DNA of 63,528 nt, counting the filler, from Kipferlia bialata (lineage: Eukaryota), in the NCBI GenBank assembly GCA_003568945.1. It is 6 parts of 6 records of this genome, joined end to end, with 100 filler letters (N's around TTAATTAATTAA, not from the genome) between each part and the next. Parts side by side here need not be neighbours in the genome. Positions count along the whole stretch, not along the records: positions 12,517 to 24,921 come from BDIP01001086.1; positions 25,022 to 37,425 come from BDIP01001087.1; 4 more parts are not named here. The stretch is one strand, 5' to 3'. The notes under the pieces were generated by a model. The model saw nothing but the letters and a program-made list of their open reading frames with translations, was not told the DNA's origin and ran no database searches. How positions within the stretch are numbered: the first letter of the stretch is position 1; every line of letters starts with the position of its first letter. The position numbers and the translations under genes were made by a program. Shown in pieces: positions 12,758 through 25,039 of the stretch.

Positions 12758-15700
12758 CTGTTTCTGGCCTTGGGCAGTGTCTCCTCGGGGTCGGACTGGT
12801 GTTAGGTACAGGGTCAGGTATGCCATGGGAGGTAGGGATATATAAACATATACATACATATATCATGGGAGACAGAGGCACCATGAGACGCATCTGTATG
12901 GAGTGGTTATCACTGGGGCGATACACTAACACACACCTGCTGGGTCACGATGTACAGAGTCCTGAGGGGACTGACAGGGATGGCCCCTCTTCTCTGTACC
13001 TCTCCACTCTCATACTCCCCGAGGGGGTATGCGTTGCCTGTGTAGCTGGGGCTGCCTATCCACTCCGCCAGGGTGGAGGACAGGGACACATTGAACCGGT
13101 CGAGGCTGGGTGCCAGGGAGTCCAGCCTGTACACCACGTACTTCTGGGCGGCACTGCCATGCCTGGGGTGTCTGTCCACCCCATGCCTCTCTCTCTTGGC
13201 GTTGAGGACGGCAGGCAGCCTAGACCGCTTGACACCTCCTGTCGTGACCCCAGACACACACCTAGGAGTAAGAGAGGGGAGGGGGGGTGTTGGTAGAAGA
13301 CAATGACAATATTAGTAGAAGTAGTAACAGTACCAATTATAATATATACTAAAATGGTAGTACACATGCCCCGACCTCACGTCTGCCCCGAGGCCTCGGT
13401 AGGATGCCAGGAGAAGGTCTGCCGCAACGCCTATGCCACTGCCAGGCTCGGCGGACAGGGTGACCACAGAGCTGGGGGTCAGGAAAGGTGGGACAGGGAC
13501 CATCAAGCCATGAGCATATTCATTCCATGCTCCCTTCATCGACCATGTCCATATATATCCTACCTGTTCTGAAGGAGGGTGTGCAGGGTGAGGGCCAACG
13601 CGGCATGTCTACACGTCATGTCCCGGGTGTCTGGGCTGGGGTAAGGGAGAGAGAGACCCAAGACCGGAGGCAGACAGATGCAGAAGTAGAGCTTGATAAC
13701 AGTGGCACACATATGGTCAACATGGAACGGACACGGCACAGCCCATCATAACACGCTATAAATGTATACACATGTATATAATGCCAGTATTGGCACCTGC
13801 TCCCAGGAGCCCCGGCGAGAGGTGTAGCGGGAGAGGGAGATGGCTGGACGGGGCGGTGTAGGTTGTGGCTGGGGTGGGGACACAGGGGGGGACACAGTGA
13901 CCAGGAATATATGTATAGATATGTATCGATATGTATAGATACGTATAGAGCTGTAGAGATCTGTATAGATATGCATATATATGTACATATATGTATAGAC
14001 ATGTATAGATATGTATAGATACAGTGCTCATACCTATGGTCTGCGGACTGGTGTATGAGGTGGTCCGACGCAGACAGAACAGCATGTAGTACACTGCTCC
14101 CTGAGGTGGGTGGGGAGAGGTGGTACAGAGAGAGATCACGGGAAGGGGAACCATGTCCAACCCCATACACTGCCCACCTGCCCCGTAGGTGGGTTCCGAC
14201 CATGCGAGTGCCTCTCTGGAGTGCACACAGGCATGGGCCTCCCCGGCCTCTGCCTCTGCCTCCCCAGTACTGTCTGCCTCTGCCTCTGCCACGTGTGTAG
14301 GGCACTGACACACGTGCAAGGCACTGGATGCCTCCTCTGTACCTAGGGAGGGCTGGTACAGGCCGTTGGGCAACTTGCACAGCATACGGGACTCAAACAA
14401 TGACACGAGCTTCTGAATGGAAGCCGCAGAGACCCCTATCAATAAGAGGGTGTGGATAGAGAGGGGACATGGAGTATGGTTTCTATCTAACACACTACAC
14501 AAGTATACCCCCACCTGAGTCCTCCTCTACACCTGCAGGGGCCCCTCTAGCCCACTCTCTCTCGGTCAGGGCTGGGGTCACGGGGGCAGAGATGGATGGA
14601 TGGCAGGGGTGTACACTGTGAAGAAGAACGAAATATAGCACATAACCTGAATTAATTTTTACATACTTCTGGCGAGGCACTTAACACAACCCAGCTCCCC
14701 TCATATAGTTCCATATATACTTATATATATACACACATATATATGCTCCACCATCTTAGGTACCTGCACTAGCGTTGAGTTGGCTGAGCACCGTGAGCCT
14801 GAGCCGTGTGAACTCAGGGGACATGACTCGGATGTTGGAGCAGGAGCGGTAGAAGAGTATGGGGTGAGACAGGCAAGGTACATGTACATGGAACCAGTGC
14901 CTGGATAGGCGTTCTACACTGCTTCACAATATACCTCAATACACACAAACACATACCTAGTGCACACTGCGAAGACTGCCGCTCTCTCTATGATGTCTGG
15001 CCCCAACTTGACCAGCCACATGAAGAGGTCCCTCACCCTGGCCAGGGTCGCAGGGTCATGCTGCAGGTCAGACAGCGAGGCGGGGGGTAGAGTCGTGTGC
15101 AGAAAACAGAAAACCAATACACAGAGTGAGCGTTGACTGTGAAATACATGTACACTCATGTGAAAGTAGAGAAACGAATCCATGTACATATACCATACTC
15201 TGGATACATATAGCAGCTCTATAATATTACAAGCCGAACAGTACCTGCAGACACATTGCCCTCACCAGGCGCCATCCCCTCTCTCGGTCTACGATGCTGA
15301 AGGAAGGGTCGCCCTCCCTCTCAACCTCAGTCTGTGAATGGGCATCCCCTGTGTCTAGTGTGTCTCCCCCGCCTTCTGTGTCTCCCCCGCCTTCTGTCTC
15401 TAAGTGTCCGTCTCCCCTAAGAGTGAAGCTCTGATGCTCCAGCCCCAGCCTGTTGAGGCAGGCCAGATCAGGCACAGTCAGGCATGGGGTGAGGGGGGGT
15501 GATATCATATATAGAGACTATCCCTCAAACAGCTCCCTCCCAACAGACATGCCCGTACCCTTTGTGACTGGTGCTGTGTGTGCAATGACCTCAGACTGGG
15601 CGTCCGGCACCCTCCCAGCCACCAGCCCCGAGGGGGGTAGGGCATGGGAGGGGATGGACGCGGAGAGAAGCTGGGGGTGAGGAGGGGTGGGGACATGTGG

Positions 15701-18700
15701 GGGTATATGATGAGTGCCAATACACAACCGCTTCCAGACTCAGACACCCATGCCCACCTGGGAGAACACCCTATCCCTCAGAGCTGCAGCCACCGCCAGT
15801 CCTGAGAACAAGGCATCTGAGTGGCAGGGCAGAGGGCCGTTAGACGCAAGGGCTGGGGCAGCGGCTGAGGGTCAGCAAGGCAAACAGTATTGTCAGATGG
15901 AAAGAATGTGGGAAGTATGGCTGGGACACTAACAATATCGACCCATCTTAGACACAGGAGTATACCTTGCAGCGCCTGTGTGAGCACCGGCCCTACCACC
16001 CCTGTGGCACTAGCTGTAGACAGCACGGCACACGTCTCAACGGCATCCCCAAAGCAGTGGCCAATGGCTGGGGTCAGCGGTGGCATGGAAACCAATATAC
16101 ATAGACACTGATAATGATACATAGAACACTGTTCATGGAACACCACACACTAAACATGGATCATAACACCATACAAGGAACAACGAGAGGAACACCCACC
16201 TTGAGTGTATGAGACATAGGCAGGACCAGTGATGCTGGCCCCTATGTCCAACAAGAGACAGCCTGGGAGGGGGTCTGAGGGTGAGAGGGGCAAGGATGAT
16301 ATTTGTATTACAATGGATAGGTGATAGTCTCACTCACGGCATATCTAAATATCATTAACTCGAGTTCACCAAGGAGTATAGAGCACCCACACCGCGATAC
16401 CTTCCACCGCCTCTCCCGGCCCTCTCAGAGACATGGCCGCAGAGGCTATGCCTGCCCCCCTGCCCTGCCCCGTGACGCCGGGACCAGGTGCATGGGCATT
16501 GGCAGGCAGGAGGGTGGGGGTGGAGGTGAGGTTGTAGTCGCTATCGGACTGGGAGGACTCGTCTCTCTCCCCCTCACTCTCCACTGCGCCTAGGGTACTC
16601 TCTAACGAGTAGGCATCCTGAGAAGCACCTGGGGTGAGGTTAGTATGGGGTGGACAGTCGACCCGACCCAGCCGACGGACTGAATGGTCTATGTTCAGGG
16701 TCTGTCTGAGTACTATAACGTATGAGTGGGGTATGTGTACCTAGCAGGTGGTGGGCCACCACATACGAGGACGTGGCCTGAGAGACCAGGTCGAGTCGGG
16801 GCACGTACATGGAGGGGAGACTACAGCCCTAGGGTAAGAGGAGAGAGAGAGAGAGAGAGAGAGACAGACCCCACACCTGACCGAGGTCGAAGAGGCCGTC
16901 TGCAGGGCCTATAAGTCTGGACAGAGACGTGCCTGTCTTGACAACTAGAGAGTGAGGAGAGAGAGAGAGAGAGTGAGAGTAAAGGGGAAGGAGAGAGAGA
17001 GAGATCGCGGGCATGGGGGGGCATGGGTGCTACACATATACCCATGTGATCATATGGGTACCTTCCTCTATGCGTAGTCTGATGTTGTCAATGACAGTCA
17101 GCAGCACGCGGCATTTGAACTGTACACAGGGCACATTGGCAGACATGCGGAACCTGGGGTGGGCAGAGAATGTACACATGCAACAGAAGGGGTAATCTGA
17201 ACGACATATCCAATGCACTTCCATATATACATATATATGTACATATACGTATACATGTATACACCCTGCCCCACCTGTCCCCCCTCACGACCAGGCCTAG
17301 CAGCGTGGCAGACACCCTGGACTGGATGGTGTCCAGAGCAGAGTGGACAGCCTCGCTCACACCCTTGGGGATGGACCCCTCCCTGCCCCTCAGGCCCTGG
17401 GGGTCAGTGCCAGAAGGATCACATATGCCAGAGAGACAACCACATCAATTCAGGTATCTACCATCCGCCATCCACGCACACACCCATCCCCACCTGCACT
17501 ATGTAGGAGTGGACAGCGATGCCCAGACAGAGGGCCAGGACGGGGGACGGGCACAGCGACACCAGCACCCCCCCACCCCCAGGGGAGGTGGCTACCGCTG
17601 ACCCGACAGCCAGACCCGGGGGGATGTCGACGGTGTGTAGGGCAAACCAACTGAAGGGCAGAGGCTCCACGGCATCTCCCTCTTCGGTCTCTGTCTCCCC
17701 TTGGGGGTGGGGGTTGATGAGTGAGGGCATGTCGTTGCACAGGCCCATCTGGGCACGCATGTCCCTGGGGTCAGTAGGGTGCACACGATGTGCACACACA
17801 GACATCAACATATACTAGACAATGGGTTCCATACTTGAGGGTAGAGCACACTGCCGCTGCCAGCCCCTCCTCGTAACAGGCAGCCAGGGCGGAGAGGAGG
17901 AGGGGCAAGGGGTGGAGGGTGGGGAACACTTGGGCCTCCGTACTATCCCACGAGGGAATGTGCAGCCTGACAGATTAGATAGATAAGAAGAGAATGGTTG
18001 AATGCTGAGTGGGAAAAATCAAAAAAAAAACAATGCGGCGTCCCACCCGCCCCCCTCTGGCACTTGTAGTAATCATTACCTTGTACAGTATATAGTATCA
18101 GTATCCCATACATCCTGTATGAGAGGGAAATACCTTGTACAGTCGACAGGCCTAGGCAGCGCCAGACACTCTCCCGTCCTAAGTCTGACGGCCAGTATAC
18201 TACCACCGAGGGGGGACACCACCAGACCTTGCACAGAAGGAATGACGGTGGACAGACACGACTGGGGGGGAGAGAGACAAGGAGAGAGAAGGACATAGGG
18301 ACATCAGTTGTCCACAACTTGTATTTCTAAAACTCAGAGTATCACACCCCCAGTACACTACACCCCTTACCTCAGCTGTCTGTGCCATCAGGATGTCCAG
18401 ATAGAAGGACACATCGAGGAAGCCGTCGGTATCTGAGGCATTGGACACAGAAGACGCATCTCCCTCACCCTCTGAGCCCGTACCAGTACTGGCCTCCCCC
18501 TGCTTCGCTGTCCCCTCTGAGACTGTCTCTCCCTTGCCCTCGTCCCCTTCCTCCCCGTAGACACAGGGGGTGTACGGGACAGATGCGTCGTACACAGAGT
18601 CCTTGTCCTTCTCTGTGTCACTCTCTGTCTCCCTCTCGCTGTTGGGGCCAGATGTGTTGTCACCTACACTCTGAGACGAGTCAGAGACACTATCCACAGA

Positions 18701-18825
18701 GGCTCCAGAGGTGGATACTTCTGGGGCTTCGCACTCTATCAGGGCGGCAAGGGGGTCTCCCTCCCTCAGCAACAGGGCGTCCGGTCTCATCCGGACCAGC
18801 TGCTGTATCTTGGCCAGAAGAAGGT
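12758..18825 (-). CDS. Large multi-exon hypothetical protein (partial; may be more than one gene)
   Basis: Many GC-rich minus-strand exons are bounded by CTCACCCCAG acceptors and GT donors, e.g. DLLLAKIQQLVRMRPDALLLREGD...FLDVSFYLDILMAQTAE, SEAVHSALDTIQSRVSATLLGLVVRG, LQHDPATLARVRDLFMWLVKLGPDIIERAAVFAVC. No family was recognised and the full chain was not traced. Confidence 0.55.
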
Positions 18826-19151
18826 CTGGGGGTGAGGGGCAGGGGGGGGGGGGGGGGGGGGGACGAAACCTTTAGACCCCCCCGGGGNNNNNNNNNNNNN
18901 NNNNNNNNNNNNNNNNNNNNNNNNNNNNNNNNNNNNNNNNNNNNNNNNNNNNNNNNNNNNNNNNNNNNNNNNNNNNNNNNNNNNNNNNNNNNNNNNNNNN
19001 NNNNNNNNNNNNNNNNNNNNNNNNNNNNNNNNNNNNNNNNNNNNNNNNNNNNNNNNNNNNNNNNNNNNNNNNNNNNNNNNNNNNNNNNNNNNNNNNNNNN
19101 NNNNNNNNNNNNNNNNNNNNNNNNNNNNNNNNNNNNNNNNNNNNNNNNNNN

Positions 19152-21043
19152 TCTGCCCCATCCCTAGGTACATGGGCCGTCATTCTCCCTCCCCCCCCCC
19201 CCTCCCCCGCTCACCTCTAGGCAACGTTGAGTCCAGTGCCGACGCCCCCCCTGTACAGGCCAACGAGGTTATCGACCTCACCCGCCTCCAGACCCTCTTT
19301 GACGAGAGTGAGCAGGTACATGGCGGGTGCATATGCCTCTATCCATACTCCACCTGTGTACAGTGATGGTGGTTCTGTTCCTCATTCACGCTATATCCCC
19401 CCCCCCCCCAACCATCTAGGAGAATGTGTCCAGGGCCACTGCCGATGCCCAGCCCGAGGTGTGCAGGGCAATGGCACACACCCAGAACCTACAGGTACGT
19501 GTACACTGCTGTCTCTGTTACTCCTCCATCTCTCTTACCCCTAGGTTGCCAGGAAGTGTCTCACCTACCTCAAGAACGTGGCTCTGATCAAGCAGAACAC
19601 AACCAGGGTCCTCCAGGATGGAGGGTGCGGCCATATATATAGCATATCCCAGTCTACTATCAGTTTCTGCATGTCCCCCTTGTATCTCCTTCTCCCTGTG
19701 TCCTTCTCCCATGTCTGACTGTAGTGTCGAGGCCGCCCTCCAGGTCTGTACCAGGTTCCCCCACGACAACGAGTGCCAGTTCCTGGCCGCCTGGCTCTTC
19801 AAGGTGCGATATGGTATCATACTCACTTTGTCTCTGTGACTGCTGGGCAGATGTCTGTGACATGTTCACCGTCAGCATCTCTCTCTCTCTTACCCCCCCT
19901 CATTCTGTTAGGTGCTGTCCATTGCCGATGGCATTGAGGTCCAGCTCATGATGAAGGGGGCCACCGGGTTCTGCGTCGACGTCATCAACAACCTCGACAG
20001 GTACAGAGACATGGGCGACAGGTTCCAGCGCATCTGCCACCTGTCCATGTCCTGTCTCCTCAACTGCTCCGTGGCAGCCCCCAACAGGGTCCCACTGCTG
20101 AGGGAGGGCACAGTCGAGGTGGGTATATATATAAATATATATGTGTGTGTGTTATTATGTATAGGGGATGGGGGTGCTTGTCATCTCCACATCAGCAACC
20201 ATGTCTCTCTTCTATCTACAGTACACCCCACCCCAGGTCTGCTGCAAGATCCTGCGTGACGCCTCAGTTGACAACGAGATCACAGAGATTGCCCTGAGGC
20301 TGGCCAAGTCCATCAGTGTGGCCGGTGTGTATGTGTGTGCATACCGCCAGTCTACCTGCCTAATACGTGTATCCCCCCCCCCCTAACCCCCAGATGGCAT
20401 TGAGCTGGATATGGTCAACAGGGGTGTCATCGGGGCCCTGGCTGCATTCCTCGCCAGGTAGAGGGATATGTGAGAGTGTTTCTATTTATCTGTACTTTAA
20501 GTATTTACCCCAGGGGCACTGACAACGAGAAGCAGGTGACCCTCGCCACCACCACTGTGGTCAACATCCTGTGCAACTCTAGCACCAGGTACACAACACT
20601 ATATACATAGTCTCTTGTGGATATGTCTCCCCTTGCCCCCCCTCACCCCAGACTGCCTGTGCTGCAGTCTGGTGGCTGTGAGCTTGCCGCCTCTGTCATC
20701 ACGCAGTACAGGGACAACCTGGAGCTGGTGCAGCACGCATGCAGGATCCTCAAGGTCAGCTGTCGTATGCTTGTCCACTCTACCCGATTACTCTGCTTCC
20801 TCTTGCCCTCTATGCCTTGCGCTCTATGCCTTGCCCTCTATGCCACACCCACTCTAACCTTCAGGTCATGTCCATTGCCGATGGTGGGGAGCAGACCCTG
20901 ATCGACAGGTGTGTCATGTATACGTGTATAACATAAATATTTGTATATGTATACGTCTGAATTGTATGTCCCTGATCGACAGGTGTGTGTGTGTGGTGTG
21001 TGGCAGGACTAGAGCCGCATGTTTGTATGATACGCCCTCACGC

Positions 21044-21095
<52 letters not shown>

Positions 21096-21503
21096 GAGCA
21101 GGGGTGGCGCTGCTGCTATCATGCAGGCCATGCACGCACACCCAGCGGACAAGAAGGTATGCGGTGGTGTGTACTACTGTACCACAAAGCCTCAGAAGTA
21201 GGTATTCATCCTCCACCCCCCCCCCCTCACTGTATCAGGTGGCTGATGCCGGGTCTGTCATGATCAACAACATTGGTGTGGCCAGGCCCTGTGCCCCTGC
21301 CCTGTTGGCTGCAGGTGCCTGTGTGGCCCTGGGGGCAGTGGCAGAGCACTTCTACAGGTGGGGGGTGTGCATTGAGATGTATACTTATGTGAGTATATAT
21401 CGCATGTGTCAACTGGGTGTCTCACCCCAGTGATGCCGAGATGGGTAGGGACACCCTGAAGGCATTCAAGACCCTGTCTGCTGTGCCAGATGGAGAGATC
21501 CAG
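19152..21503 (+). CDS. Armadillo-repeat protein (partial at both ends)
   Basis: ~14 in-phase exons encode ~42-aa ARM repeats: RVLQDGGVEAALQVCTRFPHDNECQFLAAWLFKVLSIADG; PLLREGTVEVCCKILRDASVDNEITEIALRLAKSISVADG; PVLQSGGCELAASVITQYRDNLELVQHACRILKVMSIADG; LIDRGGAAAIMQAMHAHPADKKVADAGSVMINNIG. Confidence 0.85.
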
Positions 21504-21547
21504 GTACCCACCTCCCACTAATATTGTGTTTGTCTCTCTGAGTGTAC

Positions 21548-21643
<96 letters not shown>

Positions 21644-21673
21644 TGGGGTTGGATTGGGTTGACAAGCAGATAC

Positions 21674-21939
21674 CCATATGTCAAGTGGAGAGAAGGACAA
21701 CATACCAGGGTCTGCAACAGGTTGCGTGGGTCCCCCGTGCCGAGAGAGAGAATGGAGAGAGGCTCCTGCCCCCTCTCCCCCATCCTCTCAGGGTGCGGGA
21801 TGCCATTCAGATATGACTCTGCCGCTGTACTGCCAAATGGGTCTGCCGTCAGGGGGTGGAGGCTGCAGCTGCCGGTGGGGCAGGTCTGGGACAGACGGAG
21901 GGAGGAGTACCACCCAGTGGCACTGACACCGGGATCCAT
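21674..21939 (-). CDS. First exon of a DUF4470-like protein (DNAAF3/MYND-associated N-terminal domain), remainder lost
   Basis: MDPGVS...DPFGSTAAESYL...LSILSLGTGDPRNLLQTL resembles the DUF4470 pattern PxGxTPA..L / ILLLGCGDxRNIL.TL. It ends in a GT donor before a poly-G tract. Confidence 0.55.
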
Positions 21940-22128
21940 TCCCAGGGGCAGGGGTCACCGGTGGAAGAGAGAGTCATGAGATCTACAGGAGGTTTCTCAT
22001 CTGGAGTCTGGATTGAATTGGATTGACATGGAAACAGCACTGTCAGAGGAGTCTGCGAATCATCATTTTTGTGACTGTCAACACTGTGGAATGTGACCTC
22101 TCCTTTATAGCACTAGGTGAAGTGTCCC

Positions 22129-22550
22129 ATGCACCCTCTCTTCCACCAGACCAACCAGTACATAGCCCCAGTGGCCCTGATACTGCTCACTGTGTGGGTG
22201 GTTGAGATTGCCAACCTTGTGGTGGGGCACAGCCTGTACACCCACGGCATACAGCCCAGGTACTGCATTAATAGTATACATTGATGGATAGGGATATATA
22301 TATATGTGTGTATACTGTCCCAGGGCTACAATATGGGTCTAGCAGGCATATGGATGATCAGTGATCATTGATCACTGAGTAAGTAGTTATGGCATTCAAA
22401 TGTGTATATATAGGACATAATACACCATTTTCTGATGCACTGACCCCAGGGCCAAGAGGGGCCTCATCGGCATAGTATGTGCCCCTTTCATCCACACCAG
22501 GTATGGTATTGTCGGATGGATTAGTGTGTATGTGTGTTTGAAACACACTC

Positions 22551-22588
<38 letters not shown>

Positions 22589-23193
22589 CCCCCCTCTCTC
22601 TCCCTATTATATATACACTACCCCTATCCCCACACCAGTCTCGGCCACACTGTATCCAATAGCCTCCCCCTCCTCGTGCTAGGGGGACTGGTACTGGCAG
22701 CAGACAGGAAGAGGTTCATACCCCTCACCGCATGTATCATTCTCTCCACTGGGGTACTGGTATGGCTCTTTGCCCGTACAGCATATCACGTTGGAGCCAG
22801 TGGGCTAGTCTTTGGATACCTAGGTGCCCTGGTTGTCAATGCATGGACCAGCAGGAGTGTCAAGGGGGTGGCCATAGCCGCTGTGTCTCTGTTCCTCTAT
22901 AAGGGGCTGATATGGGGGGTACTCCCTACACATGGGTATGTGTCACATTGGATACGTTGTAGAGCAACAAATAAGTGTACATGGTACAATTGTATATCAC
23001 CTCTCTACCCCCTAGGTATCTATCCTGGGAGAGCCACCTCTTTGGACTGAGTGCTGGTGCATGCACAGTGTGGTACATAGACACCAGAGGTGGTGCGAGG
23101 AAGACGGAGGGGAAGAGGGAGAGAGAGAGAGAGGTGTATAGTCCACAGGACCAGGACTCTAACTACTACACCCGAATGGGTTACGAGTGGTAG
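22129..23193 (+). CDS. Rhomboid intramembrane serine protease, bacterial-type, 4 exons
   Basis: MHPLFHQ...WVVEIANLVVGHSLYTHGIQPR/AKRGLIGIVCAPFIHTS/LGHTVSNSLPLLVLGG...HVGASGLVFGYLG...LYKGLIWGVLPTHG/YLSWESHLFGLSAG...EW*. The HxxxN motif, catalytic GASG serine and catalytic His (SHLFG) are intact. Confidence 0.92.
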
Positions 23194-24874
23194 TGTCAAG
23201 CAGGCCCTCCCCCTCCTTCCCTGTGACTGTTGAATGGCAAGGCACCCCCACCCCCACCCTCCCGTTAGGGTCTCTCTCTCAGCAGGCATTGATTGGAAGT
23301 TACTCAAGAGACCGAAAGAGGTCCAGAGAATATGTGGTAGCATCAGAGTACCGCTGACAAGGTACAGAACTCATTCTCTCTGGGCACTTCCCCTCCCCAC
23401 CCTCTCTGTCATGTAGGTGTGTAGGAGTGTATATGCATGGGTTCAGTCACACTGACTCCAGGTACTACTCAGTCTCTTGTACGTGTCCCTGTTAGTACCA
23501 CTGTTACATTCCTTCCCATACTGTCGGTGCTGTCTGTTCAAGGCATGCATAACTGCTGCTGAACCCACTATAGTATAGTGGGTATAGTCTATACGCAAGG
23601 TGGATAGGCCGATACCTCCATGTGCCCCTTCTGTCATTGCACCCTGAGAGGTATACGCAGACCCTGTGACTATACACAGTGGGATACAGACCCACACCAC
23701 TGGGGAGGCAGAATGTGTGGGCCACTTGTATTTGCACATATGATGTGTGAACACAATGGTATTGACTGTGCCTGATAGGAACATTAGCTTTGTTTCCTCC
23801 CTTATCAATGTGAGGTGACAGCCTATCAATTGCAGGCTCTGGGCTTCACTATCAAGTGGCAGTCAATCAGAAGTGCAACTTTTGGATATTAGCACCTTGA
23901 AGAGCAACCTTGTTGTATTAGACTGCCAGGGTTATCGCCCTTCTTTGTATTCATCGTAAGCTAGTGGTACTAGGTCTAGGAGCTATCCTGTCTCAAATTC
24001 AGTTCATATACTGTGATTTCCTAAGGCTATATACCTATGATGATGCCTGCCCAACTGAAAGCTGGGTGCCCATATACAGTAGTAACAGCACTGAACCCCG
24101 TAATTGGAAGGGCAACCAGCTGACTCTGGAGCAGGTGTTACCTAAGATGTGCTATATGGAAGGGTGGAAACACCAGACATAGGTCAGTGTGAGCGCGAAT
24201 TCAAGTTGAAGCAATCTCAAATATCCAAAAAAATACGAAAGGGGTGCAGCCGAGCAAGCGTGTAGTGGTTCATTGACATGCCAAACGACAAGGGAAGGTC
24301 ATCGCCATCCCTTCACCTTGGTTTTGGCTAATGGGTACCATAAGAGGTGGGTAATCGCCACCAAATGGAGATTTTGCGGTCCTCTGTCAGTTTTACCCCT
24401 TTTTCCCTCCCACACAGTCCCCACAATTGAGTCAGCGATAGTCGTTGCTTCTTCTATGATGAGCTTGCCTATCTCTCTACTCAGGACTCCATCCCAGCCT
24501 CTTTGTGTCTGATTCAGGTCTGGGTCTCCTCGTTGTGCTATGTCTGGTGGCAGCAGGCCTCTGTGACAGGACAGAGCACTTCTCAGGTGCCTAGTCGACA
24601 GGGCGGTTGAGGGATACAGTGCATTCAATACACATCAGACAGCAAACTGTGTATATAGGAACTGCCTGATATATATATGTCTTACAGCACCTCACGTCAG
24701 CGGGTTCCGACTCATTCTCCTGGTCCCCGACCTCAGAGTGAGTGCATGACATATTTGTCTCTATCCGTGACGTTAGTGGATGCCCCCCCTGATGCCACAG
24801 TACCCACACACAAACACACTCTCTCTGGCAGTCGCTATCACCATGTCTGTCTGAGAGTGTCTCTTGTCCCTCTC

Positions 24875-24921
<47 letters not shown>

Positions 24922-25021
24922 NNNNNNNNNNNNNNNNNNNNNNNNNNNNNNNNNNNNNNNNNNNNTTAATTAATTAANNNNNNNNNNNNNNNNNNNNNNN
25001 NNNNNNNNNNNNNNNNNNNNN
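24922..25021. other. Artificial scaffold linker
   Basis: N44-TTAATTAATTAA-N44. Confidence 0.97.
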
Positions 25022-25039
25022 TACACTTAGTGGTAGCAG

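Noticed and set aside
21720..21760. ILSLGTG as a patatin-like phospholipase motif
   Set aside because: It lies near the N-terminus with no GxSxG or DGG motifs; the flanking PFGSTAA and GDPRNLL fit DUF4470 better.
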